IMG/VR virus record: IMGVR_UViG_3300033077_000409
Span: 1-41,170 of that record
DNA: 41,170 nt
Reading direction: 5' to 3' (one strand)
Source: a virus
Lineage: Duplodnaviria; Caudoviricetes
Part shown: positions 6,868 to 16,537 of the stretch, one piece after another
How positions within the stretch are numbered: position 1 is the first letter of the stretch
How the letters are laid out: the number at the start of each line of letters is the position of its first letter
Notes under the pieces: generated by a model
What the model was told of the DNA's origin: nothing
What the model saw: only the letters and a program-made list of their open reading frames with translations
Databases searched by the model: none
Translations under genes and position numbers: made by a program

Positions 6868-9217
6868 TTTCACGGAGGCGCAGCGGTTCCTAGCACTACT
6901 CGGTAAACCACCAGGCGCCATCAGGCTTCGCGCCTTCTACCACGCCAAAAACCCCAAAAAAGCAGGCGACGCAGGCCGAAAAGGTGGCCCGTCACGATCA
7001 GCCATCGAGCAATGGCAGGCCGATGGCCGTGGCGTTTATGTCGTCATCAATGACGGCGGCGACACCGACAGCGACATCACCGCCTGTCGCGCCTTTTTTG
7101 TCGAATGGGATGATCGCCCCCGTGATTGGCAGCTAACCGCATGGCAGGATCTCGGACTGCCCGAGCCATCAATCCAAGTCGATACCGGCGGCAAGTCGAT
7201 CCATACCTATTGGCTGCTGACCGATCTGGTAACGCCAGCCCATTGGTCGCTGGTGCAGTCGCGGCTGCTTGATTTCTGCGATGCCGATCGCACCATCAAG
7301 AATCCCTCGCGGGTGATGCGGCTGCCAGGCACCTACCACGTTGATGGCACCGGCAAGCCCGGCGCATCATGCTCGATCATCACCGCTGCCGGTCACCGCT
7401 ACTCAATTGCCGACATCGAAGCCTGCCTACCAGACGAGGCCCATTACCACCACCAGCAGCAGGCATCCAGATACAGCGAACCATCACCGCGCACGATCGA
7501 CGACATCCGCGATGCTCTCGATGCCATACCAGCAGCGGTCCCTAACCAAAAGCAGTATCCGTTTTACCGCAACCTGCTATGGGGCCTGATAAAAGCAGTA
7601 GGCGACAACGAGCAAGCTGTTGCAATGATGCAGCGGCACAGCCCTTTATTTGCAGAGGCGCCGCAGGTGGCGCGGTCAGGCGGTGACCAGATCACAGCCG
7701 GTACTTTCTGGTACTGGGCAAAGCATCACGGCTGGCGTCCGCCGCAACTGGTGACGCGACCTGCTGCTGTTGCTGCTGCTAGTGAGGCTGTTGGCGTGGA
7801 GGCCCTCAACTGCCGGCTGGTCAGTAAGACCGATACCGAATGGCTGGATCTGACGCTACGGCATCTGTTCAACTACCCAACAGACAGGTGGATTGAAGTC
7901 GAAGGCGTACTCCATCATTGGTGCGGCACCCACTACGAAGCTCGCACCGACCAAGAACTGGCGCCATTGGTGGCCGCCTTCCTGTCGCAACTGTTCGTAG
8001 AAGACCAACACGGCAACCGCTCGCATCCATGGCGCCGGCCTAGGTACGTCGATGAGGCCCTGTCCTGGATACGCCGCAACCTATCGCCTGTTGACGTCAA
8101 CCCTCGCAACGCCATCAACTGCCGCAATGGCATTGTCTCATGGGAATGGAGCGGCAGGGATATAAGCGTGCAGTTTGAACCGCATACCTGCGACGTGTTT
8201 TTTACCTACATCACAGAATATGACTATGACCCCGAAGCAAACCCCGAGCATATGTGGCGGCTACTGGAAGCCGTAGACAGCACCGACCTAGACACCATCC
8301 AACGTATCCTCGGCAGCGGCCTTGACCTGGCACATTACCGCGCCACTCGCGGCAGGCCCCGTGCTGTCCTGATGATCGGTGAAGGCAGCAACGGTAAAGA
8401 CACCATCCGTACCGCATTGCGCGATACCCTTGGCGCCCGTAATTTTACGTCTTGTTCATTAGCTGACTTCAGGCAATACGATCAAGGCCGTAAGTTTCCA
8501 ATCGCGCCATTACGCGGTGCCTCTGTCAATTGGTCAAGTGAAAACTCACAGTTTGTGCATATCGACAACTTGCAATCACTGAAGGCGGCCATATCAGGTG
8601 AAGAGCTGTCTTATGAGCTAAAAGGTGTTCAGGAGTCGCAGTTTGTGCCGTCTTCGTTGTTTGTTTTTAACCTCAACAAAGATCCTTCGATCTCGGGTGA
8701 GCAGACCGCAATCGAGACCCGGTTTCATGTATTCAAGTTTCGTAAGACCTTTATGCCTAAACCTACCAAACCTACGCATCTTCAAGCCGACCCACGGTTA
8801 AAGGATGATCCTGCATTTATCCGCACCTACATATGCCCTGCGTTCTTGAATTGGTTGCTTGAAGGTATGCAGCTTGCTGTCGGTTATGGCATCGACTACA
8901 CCACTGGCCAGGACGCCATGGATGCCGTACGCCGCGCCAACTGCCATCTATGGGAGTTCTGTGATGCCATCGAATTGCAATGGCTTGGTGATGGCTACAG
9001 CGTACCGCTGAAGGCCGTATGGGACCGGTTGCAGGCTTGGTACACCGATGAGGGATACCTGGTGGACGGTCGGTGGGTGCTGTCGCCGGTCAACGATCCA
9101 CCGGTCAAGGCGGCTCGCTTGCTGGTCGGAAGACTCCAATCGCTATGGCCCGAGCTGACCGTCCAAACGGACCCGATCCTGCGCGTCAAGCGGCTGGTTG
9201 GCCTGTCCATGGGCTGA
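6854..9217 (+). CDS. Primase-helicase (RepB-type primase, PriCT-like linker, P4/D5 SF3 helicase)
   Basis: FVEWDD, DTGGKSIHTYW, NPSRVMRLPG primase motifs; INCRNG D5-N motif; GEGSNGK Walker A. ATG 6854 preferred over GTG 6821. Confidence 0.88.
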   Translation: MQSVDFTEAQRFLALLGKPPGAIRLRAFYHAKNPKKAGDAGRKGGPSRSAIEQWQADGRGVYVVINDGGDTDSDITACRAFFVEWDDRPRDWQLTAWQDLGLPEPSIQVDTGGKSIHTYWLLTDLVTPAHWSLVQSRLLDFCDADRTIKNPSRVMRLPGTYHVDGTGKPGASCSIITAAGHRYSIADIEACLPDEAHYHHQQQASRYSEPSPRTIDDIRDALDAIPAAVPNQKQYPFYRNLLWGLIKAVGDNEQAVAMMQRHSPLFAEAPQVARSGGDQITAGTFWYWAKHHGWRPPQLVTRPAAVAAASEAVGVEALNCRLVSKTDTEWLDLTLRHLFNYPTDRWIEVEGVLHHWCGTHYEARTDQELAPLVAAFLSQLFVEDQHGNRSHPWRRPRYVDEALSWIRRNLSPVDVNPRNAINCRNGIVSWEWSGRDISVQFEPHTCDVFFTYITEYDYDPEANPEHMWRLLEAVDSTDLDTIQRILGSGLDLAHYRATRGRPRAVLMIGEGSNGKDTIRTALRDTLGARNFTSCSLADFRQYDQGRKFPIAPLRGASVNWSSENSQFVHIDNLQSLKAAISGEELSYELKGVQESQFVPSSLFVFNLNKDPSISGEQTAIETRFHVFKFRKTFMPKPTKPTHLQADPRLKDDPAFIRTYICPAFLNWLLEGMQLAVGYGIDYTTGQDAMDAVRRANCHLWEFCDAIELQWLGDGYSVPLKAVWDRLQAWYTDEGYLVDGRWVLSPVNDPPVKAARLLVGRLQSLWPELTVQTDPILRVKRLVGLSMG

Positions 9218-9218
9218 C

Positions 9219-9449
9219 CGAAGGCAAATCGAAGGCAAATCGAAGGCAAAAACATCCAAATCGAAGGCAAAAAACATCCCAAACCCCTTGCTATTACTCA
9301 TTTTCTCTTTTTTCTCCTAAGTCAAGTCAGGTAAGAAAAGAGAAACGGTATAAGGGGGATACACAATGCATATAAAGGGGAGTAGGGCATTTGGCTGTTT
9401 TGCCTTCGATTGAGTCATACCAACGGGTTTGGGTTGCAATTTGCCTTCG
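9219..9449. repeat. Iteron-like repeats, putative replication origin
   Basis: CGAAGGCAAA at 9219, 9230, 9241, 9262; inverted copies at 9399 and 9440; 23-nt inverted pair 9278-9300/9411-9433 (20/23 match) around an AT-rich core. Confidence 0.75.
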
Positions 9450-9465
9450 GGGTAGATGTATTTGC

Positions 9466-9810
9466 ATGTTGGGACTCGCTGAGATACACTGGCATCACTC
9501 GCACGCATCCAAATTGGTTGAAGTCAAAGTGAGACTGGAGAGACAAGATCTCGAAGCAATTGACCAGCAGGCGACGGCGGCAGGCACCAACCGATCCGCC
9601 CTGATCCGGCAGCGGGCAATTGTTGCGGAATATCAACAGGGCCTTTATGGTTTGACGCCAACCGCATACCATGCACTCGTCTCCGATGCCGCTGCCTTTA
9701 TGGGTGGTGTCGTCCCGAGTCAACACGTTGAGTTACTCGTTGCTTATGTCATCACAAGACTTGATTCGCATCACAGCCAGGCAGTCTCCGGTTATCGACC
9801 GGCTCCATGA
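9466..9810 (+). CDS. CopG/RHH-family DNA-binding protein
   Basis: VEVKVRLERQDLEAIDQQATAAGTNRSALIR fits the RHH pattern; start uncertain (ATG 9466 or TTG 9514). Confidence 0.65.
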   Translation: MLGLAEIHWHHSHASKLVEVKVRLERQDLEAIDQQATAAGTNRSALIRQRAIVAEYQQGLYGLTPTAYHALVSDAAAFMGGVVPSQHVELLVAYVITRLDSHHSQAVSGYRPAP

Positions 9811-9955
9811 CTCCATGTCGCTAGCGGTTGCCTATGCCGCCGCCATCCGCGACAACGCCCAAGAAGAATGCGTCCCCATTCCCGCTGAACTGGTCGCCAG
9901 TTTTGCCGACGACTACAACGCCATCATCACCGCACTAACCGAAGCCGCATCATGA
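9746..9955 (+). CDS. Hypothetical protein
   Basis: MSSQDLIRITAR...; ATGA-coupled to the clamp gene. Confidence 0.55.
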   Translation: MSSQDLIRITARQSPVIDRLHDSMSLAVAYAAAIRDNAQEECVPIPAELVASFADDYNAIITALTEAAS

Positions 9956-11013
9956 AGATCATTACAACCCAGTCCGATCTCAATCACGCACTCAAGCTGG
10001 TTGGTCGCGCCGTCGGTAACGGCAAGTCCCATCCGATCCTTGCTGATGTCCTGATTGATGCAATGGCCGATGGCCACCTGCAAATCTCGGCATTTGACCT
10101 CGACCTCGGTATCACCACCTCGATCCTTGCTTCAGTCGAAACGCCCGGCTCCATCGCCATCCCATACCGCATCCTTTCCGAGATCGTCGGTCGCCTCGGC
10201 ACCGATACCGCCATCCTCCTGACCGCTGAGGACACCGCCGTCACCCTGTCAAGCGCCAGCGGCTCCTACAAGCTCGCAGGGCATGACGCAGACGACTTCC
10301 CCGCCCTTCCGGTCGTCGATACGGCAGCAGGCGTGTCCGTGGCCCTTGCAGAGCCCGTACGCGCTGCTCTGGTGGCTGCCAGCACCGATGAGTCAAAAGG
10401 CATCATCTGCGGCCTACACGTGGCCATTGCAGCCGGCACCATGAGCATCGAGGCAACAGACGGCCATCGCCTTGCGATCCGCACCCAGCCCGCAGACGGT
10501 GCAATCGACATCATCCTGCCCACGCGCACGCTCTCGGTTATCCAGCGCCTCGACAGCCAGCAAGTGACCCTTGCAGCATCCAACAGCCAGGCGATCATCA
10601 CCGCCGATAACGTCACCATCACATCCCGCACCCTTGCAGGCACCTACCCAGGCGTTGCAAAGCTGATCCCTGACTCCTTCAAATCCTCACTGACCGTTGG
10701 CCGCGAAGAGCTCATGGCTGCCCTAGAGCGTCTCGCGATCGTCAATGCTGAAATCGTCAAGCTCACCGTCAAAGGCAAAAACCTTTCGATTACCGCAGAA
10801 TCTGAAGCCAGCAGCGGCGCCGAAACCCTTGCTTGCACCGGCACCTTTGCTAATGCTGCCTTCAATGTTCGCTACCTCCTAGATGGCCTGAAGCACTTCG
10901 ATAGCGCTAAGGTCCAGATTGATTCCAATTCCCCTACCACACCAGTGGTCCTTACGCCAACCGGTGTCAGTGGCCAAATTTACCTTGTCATGCCCATCCA
11001 AGCTAAGGTATGA
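9952..11013 (+). CDS. dnaN: DNA polymerase III beta sliding clamp
   Basis: 353 aa; HPILADVLI, AFDLDLGI, DDFPALP, ATDGHRL, GTYP, FN..YLLDGL, YLVMP. Confidence 0.93.
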   Translation: MKIITTQSDLNHALKLVGRAVGNGKSHPILADVLIDAMADGHLQISAFDLDLGITTSILASVETPGSIAIPYRILSEIVGRLGTDTAILLTAEDTAVTLSSASGSYKLAGHDADDFPALPVVDTAAGVSVALAEPVRAALVAASTDESKGIICGLHVAIAAGTMSIEATDGHRLAIRTQPADGAIDIILPTRTLSVIQRLDSQQVTLAASNSQAIITADNVTITSRTLAGTYPGVAKLIPDSFKSSLTVGREELMAALERLAIVNAEIVKLTVKGKNLSITAESEASSGAETLACTGTFANAAFNVRYLLDGLKHFDSAKVQIDSNSPTTPVVLTPTGVSGQIYLVMPIQAKV

Positions 11014-11036
11014 TTTCCATGGTCTCAACCACACAC

Positions 11037-11369
11037 ATGGCTCTTACAGGTTCAGAATTGCTCGCGCAGGTCAAAATCCTTGGCGAAGTGCCCGAAGTCG
11101 AACTCGCAACCGCCACCGGTTACGTCACCGCTGAAGGCAAGCCCAAAATCGCTGCCCTTCGATCCTCACTTCTAGAGGCCTATGGCTTTAAGGTCGTCAA
11201 GGCACCCAAGGCAGGCCGTGCTCTTTCCTATGAAGGCACCATCCAGAAAAACGGTAATGCCATCCTGTCTGGTGGTTACACCAGTCAACTAGGCCTTGCT
11301 CCTGGTGATAAATTCGCCGTTGAGGTCGATGCCGAGGAAGGTATCGTGGCAATCAGTAAACTCGACTGA
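11037..11369 (+). CDS. Cyanobacterial AbrB-like (cyAbrB) transcription regulator
   Basis: LTG.ELL..VK, ELA..TGYV, LLEA.G, GR.LSY...IQKNGN....GYT..LGL.PGD.F pattern. Confidence 0.82.
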   Translation: MALTGSELLAQVKILGEVPEVELATATGYVTAEGKPKIAALRSSLLEAYGFKVVKAPKAGRALSYEGTIQKNGNAILSGGYTSQLGLAPGDKFAVEVDAEEGIVAISKLD

Positions 11370-11378
11370 TCACCAATC

Positions 11379-11404
11379 GCCCCTGATTTCGGTCGGGGGC
11401 TTTT
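11379..11404 (+). terminator. Intrinsic terminator ending the replication block
   Basis: GC-rich stem around a TTCG loop (GCCCCTGAT-TTCG-GTCGGGGGC) followed by TTTT. Confidence 0.7.
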
Positions 11405-11418
11405 GCTAGTATTTAGGT

Positions 11419-11742
11419 ATGGCACCGCCCAGAGGCACCAAACAAGAGTCAATCGATCGCGCCAATCACTTTGCGCGGATCATTGCTAATGGTGGCCGGC
11501 GTTCGGATTGCATTCAATATGCCTCTGAGCACTGGGGGGTTGGTGCGCGTACATGCGATCAATACTTAGCCCTTGCACGCGAGAAATTAAAAGCAGATTG
11601 GGACATTGAACGCCCGCAAATGGTTGCGGATTTATTGTCGCAATGTGCAACGCTACAGCAAGAGGCTAGAGAAAAGGGGCAATTGCATATTGCATTAGGT
11701 GCGATCAATACTGCTGCAAAACTGGCGCAGATTTGTTCGTGA
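11419..11742 (+). CDS. Putative terminase small subunit
   Basis: HTH-like N-terminus (WGVGARTCDQY), helical C-terminus; overlaps the large terminase start. Confidence 0.7.
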   Translation: MAPPRGTKQESIDRANHFARIIANGGRRSDCIQYASEHWGVGARTCDQYLALAREKLKADWDIERPQMVADLLSQCATLQQEAREKGQLHIALGAINTAAKLAQICS

Positions 11743-13088
11743 GTATTCTTGCCGCTGCAAGAGCAGGCAATGTATTGCAGCAATTTGGCCACAGCGATAA
11801 AAGCATTGATACAATTGATTTGCTTACTCGCATCCGCGAGGATTTACATCCTGGCCAGCTTGCTTTCGTTGATGACCAAACATCAAGCATACTTGGCGTT
11901 AGCGCTGGTTATGGCGCAGGTAAAACACGCGCCTTATGCGCTAAAGCCGTGCATCTTGCTGTCGCTAATCAGGGCTTTATTGGCGTTGTAATGGAACCCA
12001 CGGGCCCATTGATTCGTGATATTTGGCAGAGTGATTTTGATGATTTCCTAGAAGCGTATGACATTCCTTATACGTTCAGAGCATCGCCACTGCCTGAGTA
12101 TATGCTGCACCTACCAGGCGGCGATACAAAGATCCTATGCCGTAGCTTTGAAAATTGGCAGCGGATTATTGGTATCAATGCTGCCTGGATACTAACTGAT
12201 GAAATAGATACTGTAGCGGTAAACATTGCAAACAAAGCATTTCCTAAGATCCTTGGCCGTTTGCGTGCCGGTAATGTGCGGCAATTTGCTGCTGCATCAA
12301 CACCAGAGGGGTTTAGGTGGATGTGGCAAACATTCGCCAGTGAAGACGGCAAAGGCCGCCCAGACCGGCGGCTAATCCGTATGCGGACGCAAGACAACCC
12401 ACACCTGCCGCCGGACTTCATTGAGTTGATGCAGGCCAACTATGACCCGCAACTGCTCAAGGCATACCTAGATGGTGAGTTCGTCAACCTCACCACCGGC
12501 CAGGTGTATGACCGTTTCGATCGCGCTAAGCATGTAGTCGCAATCGAGGTGCCTTCATATCGCGAACCATTGCGTATTGGCGTTGACTTCAACATTGGCA
12601 ATATGTCTGCTGTGATCGCCTACCGCAATGGCAAGACGCTACAGGTATTTGATGAAGTAAGCGGCGCCCATGATACTGATACGTTGGCGCAGACGATCAA
12701 AGCACGCTACCCCGACCATCGGCTATACGTTTACCCAGACGCAAGCGGCGGCAATCGCAGTACCAACGCAAGCCAAACCGATATTGCGATACTTGAGTCC
12801 TACGGCATGTCCAACCAATCACCACGCGCTAACCCGCCCGTCCGTGATCGTGTGGCAGCAGTCCAGGCGCTATTGGAAAACGGCAAAGGCGAGATCCGCC
12901 TAAGCATTGCGCCATCATGCACCAAGACGATCGAATGCCTGGAACTTCAAAGCTACAGCGAACGCGGCGAACCCGATAAGGACGCTGGCTATGACCACAT
13001 GAACGATGCGCTTGGTTATCTGGTGTGGCGTGAGTTCAACCCATTGCACGCTGGGGCTGGCCGTGGGACTGGTGTTAGAGTGTATTAA
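11739..13088 (+). CDS. Terminase large subunit
   Basis: LHPGQ, GYGAGKT, ILTDEID, GVDFN, DHMNDALGY nuclease motifs. Confidence 0.93.
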   Translation: MSILAAARAGNVLQQFGHSDKSIDTIDLLTRIREDLHPGQLAFVDDQTSSILGVSAGYGAGKTRALCAKAVHLAVANQGFIGVVMEPTGPLIRDIWQSDFDDFLEAYDIPYTFRASPLPEYMLHLPGGDTKILCRSFENWQRIIGINAAWILTDEIDTVAVNIANKAFPKILGRLRAGNVRQFAAASTPEGFRWMWQTFASEDGKGRPDRRLIRMRTQDNPHLPPDFIELMQANYDPQLLKAYLDGEFVNLTTGQVYDRFDRAKHVVAIEVPSYREPLRIGVDFNIGNMSAVIAYRNGKTLQVFDEVSGAHDTDTLAQTIKARYPDHRLYVYPDASGGNRSTNASQTDIAILESYGMSNQSPRANPPVRDRVAAVQALLENGKGEIRLSIAPSCTKTIECLELQSYSERGEPDKDAGYDHMNDALGYLVWREFNPLHAGAGRGTGVRVY

Positions 13089-13102
13089 GGTATTGACCGC
13101 TG

Positions 13103-14467
13103 ATGTATAGCACCCCAGCCTTCTACGATCGCAAAGTCACTGAGCGGCGCGTCGCGCAGGTCGGGGATCCTAATTCCGCGTGGTACGCGCAGGAACCTCA
13201 TTGGATCCTGATTGAAGATCTACTGCAAGGCACCTACGGCATGAGGCGCAAGCATCGCCGCTATCTGCCACAGGAGCCACGCGAACTTGATGAAAGCTAC
13301 GATAATCGCCTGGCGCGTAGTGTCTGCCCGCCCTACTACCAGCGCCTTGAAAGGATGCTGGCTGGTATGTTGACGCGCAAACCGGTCAAGCTGCAAGATG
13401 TATCTGATGCAATTCGTGAGCAGTTGTTTGATGTAGACATGCAAGGCAATGACCTTAACGTTTGGACATACGAAACCGCCCGCAAACTGGTGCGTTACGG
13501 CCATATCGGTTGCCTTGTTGATGCACCGTCCAATGGTGGCCGCCCGTATTGGTGCACCTACACCCCACGGCAAATCCTTGGTTATCGCACCGAACAACAA
13601 GACGGCGCCCAACGATTGACGCAATTGCGGCTGCAAGAGATTGTATTAGTGGCTGATCCTGACAGTGAATACGGCGAAAAACAAATCGATCAGGTTCGTG
13701 TCCTAACACCTGGGCAGTATCAAATCCACCAACGCCAAGATAATGGCGACTACAAAGTAGTTGACGAAGGCACCACAAGCCTGGCTGAGATTCCATTCAG
13801 CGTGGCATATTGCAACCGAGTTGGGTTCATGCAATCCAGGCCGCCGCTGGAAGATATTGCAGAGCTAAACCTAAAGAGCTATCAAGTACAATCAGATCTT
13901 GATAACCAATTGCATATTTCAGCCGTGCCGATGCTGGCATTTTTTGGCTTTCCAACAAGTGCTGAAGAAGTATCAGCAGGGCCCGGCGAAGCATTAGCAT
14001 TCCCCGCTGATGGCAGGGCGGAATATATTGAACCGCAGGGCCGCAGTTTTGATTTTCAATTCAAGCGGCTAGAACAGATTGCATTACAAATCAATGAGCT
14101 AGGTCTATCGGCAGTGCTAGGCCAAAAGCTATCAGCCGAAACCGCAGAATCAAAGATGATTGATCGCAGCCAAGGCGATAGCACGATGATGGCAATTGCG
14201 CAAAATGTGCAAGACATGATCGACAACAGCCTTAAATTTCATGCGGAATTCATGGGCCAACAGGAATCCGCAGGAAGCTGCACGGTAAACCGTGACTTCA
14301 TTGGTGCAAGGCTTGATCCTACAGACATCAATGCACTGCTGCAACTTTATACGGCAGGCACCATCACCAAGGACACGCTGCTGCAACAACTTGCCGATGG
14401 TGAGGTACTGGGCGATGATTTTGATGTGCAGGAAGAGATCGACGCAACTGCTAACGGTGGTTTGTGA
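13103..14467 (+). CDS. Portal protein (DUF4055-like)
   Basis: Follows terminase; YLPQEPRE..ESY..RL, PPL.DIAELN, LHISAVP motifs; 454 aa. Confidence 0.85.
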   Translation: MYSTPAFYDRKVTERRVAQVGDPNSAWYAQEPHWILIEDLLQGTYGMRRKHRRYLPQEPRELDESYDNRLARSVCPPYYQRLERMLAGMLTRKPVKLQDVSDAIREQLFDVDMQGNDLNVWTYETARKLVRYGHIGCLVDAPSNGGRPYWCTYTPRQILGYRTEQQDGAQRLTQLRLQEIVLVADPDSEYGEKQIDQVRVLTPGQYQIHQRQDNGDYKVVDEGTTSLAEIPFSVAYCNRVGFMQSRPPLEDIAELNLKSYQVQSDLDNQLHISAVPMLAFFGFPTSAEEVSAGPGEALAFPADGRAEYIEPQGRSFDFQFKRLEQIALQINELGLSAVLGQKLSAETAESKMIDRSQGDSTMMAIAQNVQDMIDNSLKFHAEFMGQQESAGSCTVNRDFIGARLDPTDINALLQLYTAGTITKDTLLQQLADGEVLGDDFDVQEEIDATANGGL

Positions 14468-15660
14468 GCACACCAGCCAGGCTATACAAAAACGCAATTG
14501 ACCTCAACCGCTACAGCAATAGCGTGGCGCGGCGCGTCATTAATTCATACAATGACATCATTATTGATGCTGTAAATCAACTGCGCACCATTGATGAGCT
14601 TGCCGCACCTGTCAAGGCAGCACGGCTGCGCAGCATCTTGGCGCAGTTGAAAGAGTCGCTAAATGGCTGGGCAGGTGACAGCACCGAGCTAACAGCAATA
14701 GAACTGCAAGGCATCGCTGAGTTGCAATCGCAGTTTGTAACCGATGAATTACGCAAGGCATTACCAGCAGGCGTAACGCGCAGCGCAGTCAATACCGTAG
14801 AGATCAGCCCGCAGTTTGCGCAGTCTGTTGTGACGACAGATCCCACGCAGATCAACGTGGTTGCGCTGAGTGATGACCTATTTGCAGCAGTAAATGGCGC
14901 ACCGCAAACCTTTAGCCTTACGGCTGCGCAAGGTGCCACGATCACGCTGCCCAATGGTGAAGTAGTAAGCAAAGCATTTCGCGGTATTGCGACATCACAA
15001 TCTGAGCGGTTCAGTCAAGTTGTACGCAATGGCCTACTAACAGGTGAGACAACGCCAGACATAGCAAAACGGCTGATTGGTAACTTGCAATTTGGCGAAA
15101 AAGCAAAGACAGTTGGCCAATTGGCAGCAGCAGGCGGCCAGGCAACACAAGTAGCTGATAATCAGATACTGACGCTTATCCGCACCAGCATCAATCAAGT
15201 AGCTAATACTGCAAGCCAGCAGGTGTACGAAGCAAATCAAGACATCACGCAGAAATATAGATACATCGCAACGCTTGACACTAGGACCAGCGCAATATGC
15301 CGTGCATTAGATGGTCGTGAGTTTGAATATGGCAAAGGTCCGATGCCGCCGCAACATTTCAACTGCCGATCAACGACCGTGCCTGTCATCAATTACAAAG
15401 AGTTGGGTTTCACTCCACCACCACCAGCACGGCGGGCCAGTATTGATGGCCAGGTGCCGGCAAATGAAAGCTACGGCGAATGGCTTAAAAAGCAACCACG
15501 CACAACGCAGGCCGATGCACTAGGCCCTAGCAAGGTGGCATATTTCAACCGTCTTGCCAATAAGTACGGCGCACAAGACGCCATGGCAAAGCTGGTACGC
15601 GATGACGGCTCAGAGCTGACGTTGGCGCAATTACGCAAGCGGTATGGGCCGGTAGACTAG
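14464..15660 (+). CDS. Minor head protein, SPP1 gp7/MuF family
   Basis: ATLDTRTSAICRALDG and PPQHFNCRS motifs. Confidence 0.88.
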   Translation: MSTPARLYKNAIDLNRYSNSVARRVINSYNDIIIDAVNQLRTIDELAAPVKAARLRSILAQLKESLNGWAGDSTELTAIELQGIAELQSQFVTDELRKALPAGVTRSAVNTVEISPQFAQSVVTTDPTQINVVALSDDLFAAVNGAPQTFSLTAAQGATITLPNGEVVSKAFRGIATSQSERFSQVVRNGLLTGETTPDIAKRLIGNLQFGEKAKTVGQLAAAGGQATQVADNQILTLIRTSINQVANTASQQVYEANQDITQKYRYIATLDTRTSAICRALDGREFEYGKGPMPPQHFNCRSTTVPVINYKELGFTPPPPARRASIDGQVPANESYGEWLKKQPRTTQADALGPSKVAYFNRLANKYGAQDAMAKLVRDDGSELTLAQLRKRYGPVD

Positions 15661-15679
15661 GCACACCAGCAATACCACC

Positions 15680-15838
15680 ATGCCTAAGAAGCCCGGCCTA
15701 TACGCCAACATAAAAGCCAAGCGCGATCGCATTGAAGGCGGCAGTAAAGAACGCATGGCCCGCAAAGGTGAAGAAGGCCGCCCTAGTGCCGCTGCATTCA
15801 AAGCAAGCGCCAAGACTGCTAAGAAAAAGAAGAAGTGA
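15680..15838 (+). CDS. Small highly basic protein (52 aa)
   Basis: Hand translation MPKKPGLYANIKAKRDRIEGGSKERMARKGEEGRPSAAAFKASAKTAKKKKK; fills the gap between MuF and scaffold. Confidence 0.7.
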   Translation: MPKKPGLYANIKAKRDRIEGGSKERMARKGEEGRPSAAAFKASAKTAKKKKK

Positions 15839-15871
15839 TACAATAGTAGGGCAATCTATCCCTGCGGGATA

Positions 15872-16537
15872 ATGTCCGACGAGATCAACAATCAGGAGCC
15901 TGCGGCGACTGATGCAATGCAACGCAGCATCGAAGCATTAGAACGCAAAAACAGCGAGCTAATCAACGAATTGCGTGCTGCAAAGTCCAAAGCGTCTAAG
16001 GTGCCAGATGGGGTCAATGTTGATGAGTTGCTTGAGTTTAAGCGCACGCACGAACAGCAGCAACTCGAACAGCAAGGCAACTACACCGAAGCAAGGCAAG
16101 CTCTGGAGCAGCAGTACCGTGAGGCGACGGCGCAAAAGGACCAGCGCATTGAATCTCTTGAAGCCAAAGTCCGAGAGCTTGAGCTGATCGCGCCGGCAGT
16201 GACCGCACTGGCTGAGATCGTCCACGATCCTGATCTGGTGCTGCGCTCAAAGCTCAGCGCCGACAAGATTGAGCGCGAGCCCGATGGCACCGTGGTAGTG
16301 GTTGACGGCTACCAGCGCACACCAGTGGCGGAATGGGCCAAGACGTTACCGGCATGGATGCAGAAGGCACCAAGGCCGCAGGGCAGCGGCGCACCATCAG
16401 CCGGCAGCAATGCAGGTCAGCCGCCATTAGGCAAGAACCCGTTTGCGCCTGAAACATTCAACCTAACAGAGCAATCGAGGCTCTATAGGACCGATCGCGA
16501 TATGTACGATCGCATGAAAGCAGCCGCGCAACGCTAA
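15872..16537 (+). CDS. Capsid scaffolding protein
   Basis: Coiled coil with Gly/Ser linker and KNPF C-terminal motif, directly upstream of the capsid gene. Confidence 0.82.
   Translation: MSDEINNQEPAATDAMQRSIEALERKNSELINELRAAKSKASKVPDGVNVDELLEFKRTHEQQQLEQQGNYTEARQALEQQYREATAQKDQRIESLEAKVRELELIAPAVTALAEIVHDPDLVLRSKLSADKIEREPDGTVVVVDGYQRTPVAEWAKTLPAWMQKAPRPQGSGAPSAGSNAGQPPLGKNPFAPETFNLTEQSRLYRTDRDMYDRMKAAAQR

Noticed and set aside
9219-9300. CRISPR mini-array
   Set aside because: Repeats are 10-11 nt, mostly adjacent, with no spacers and no cas genes.
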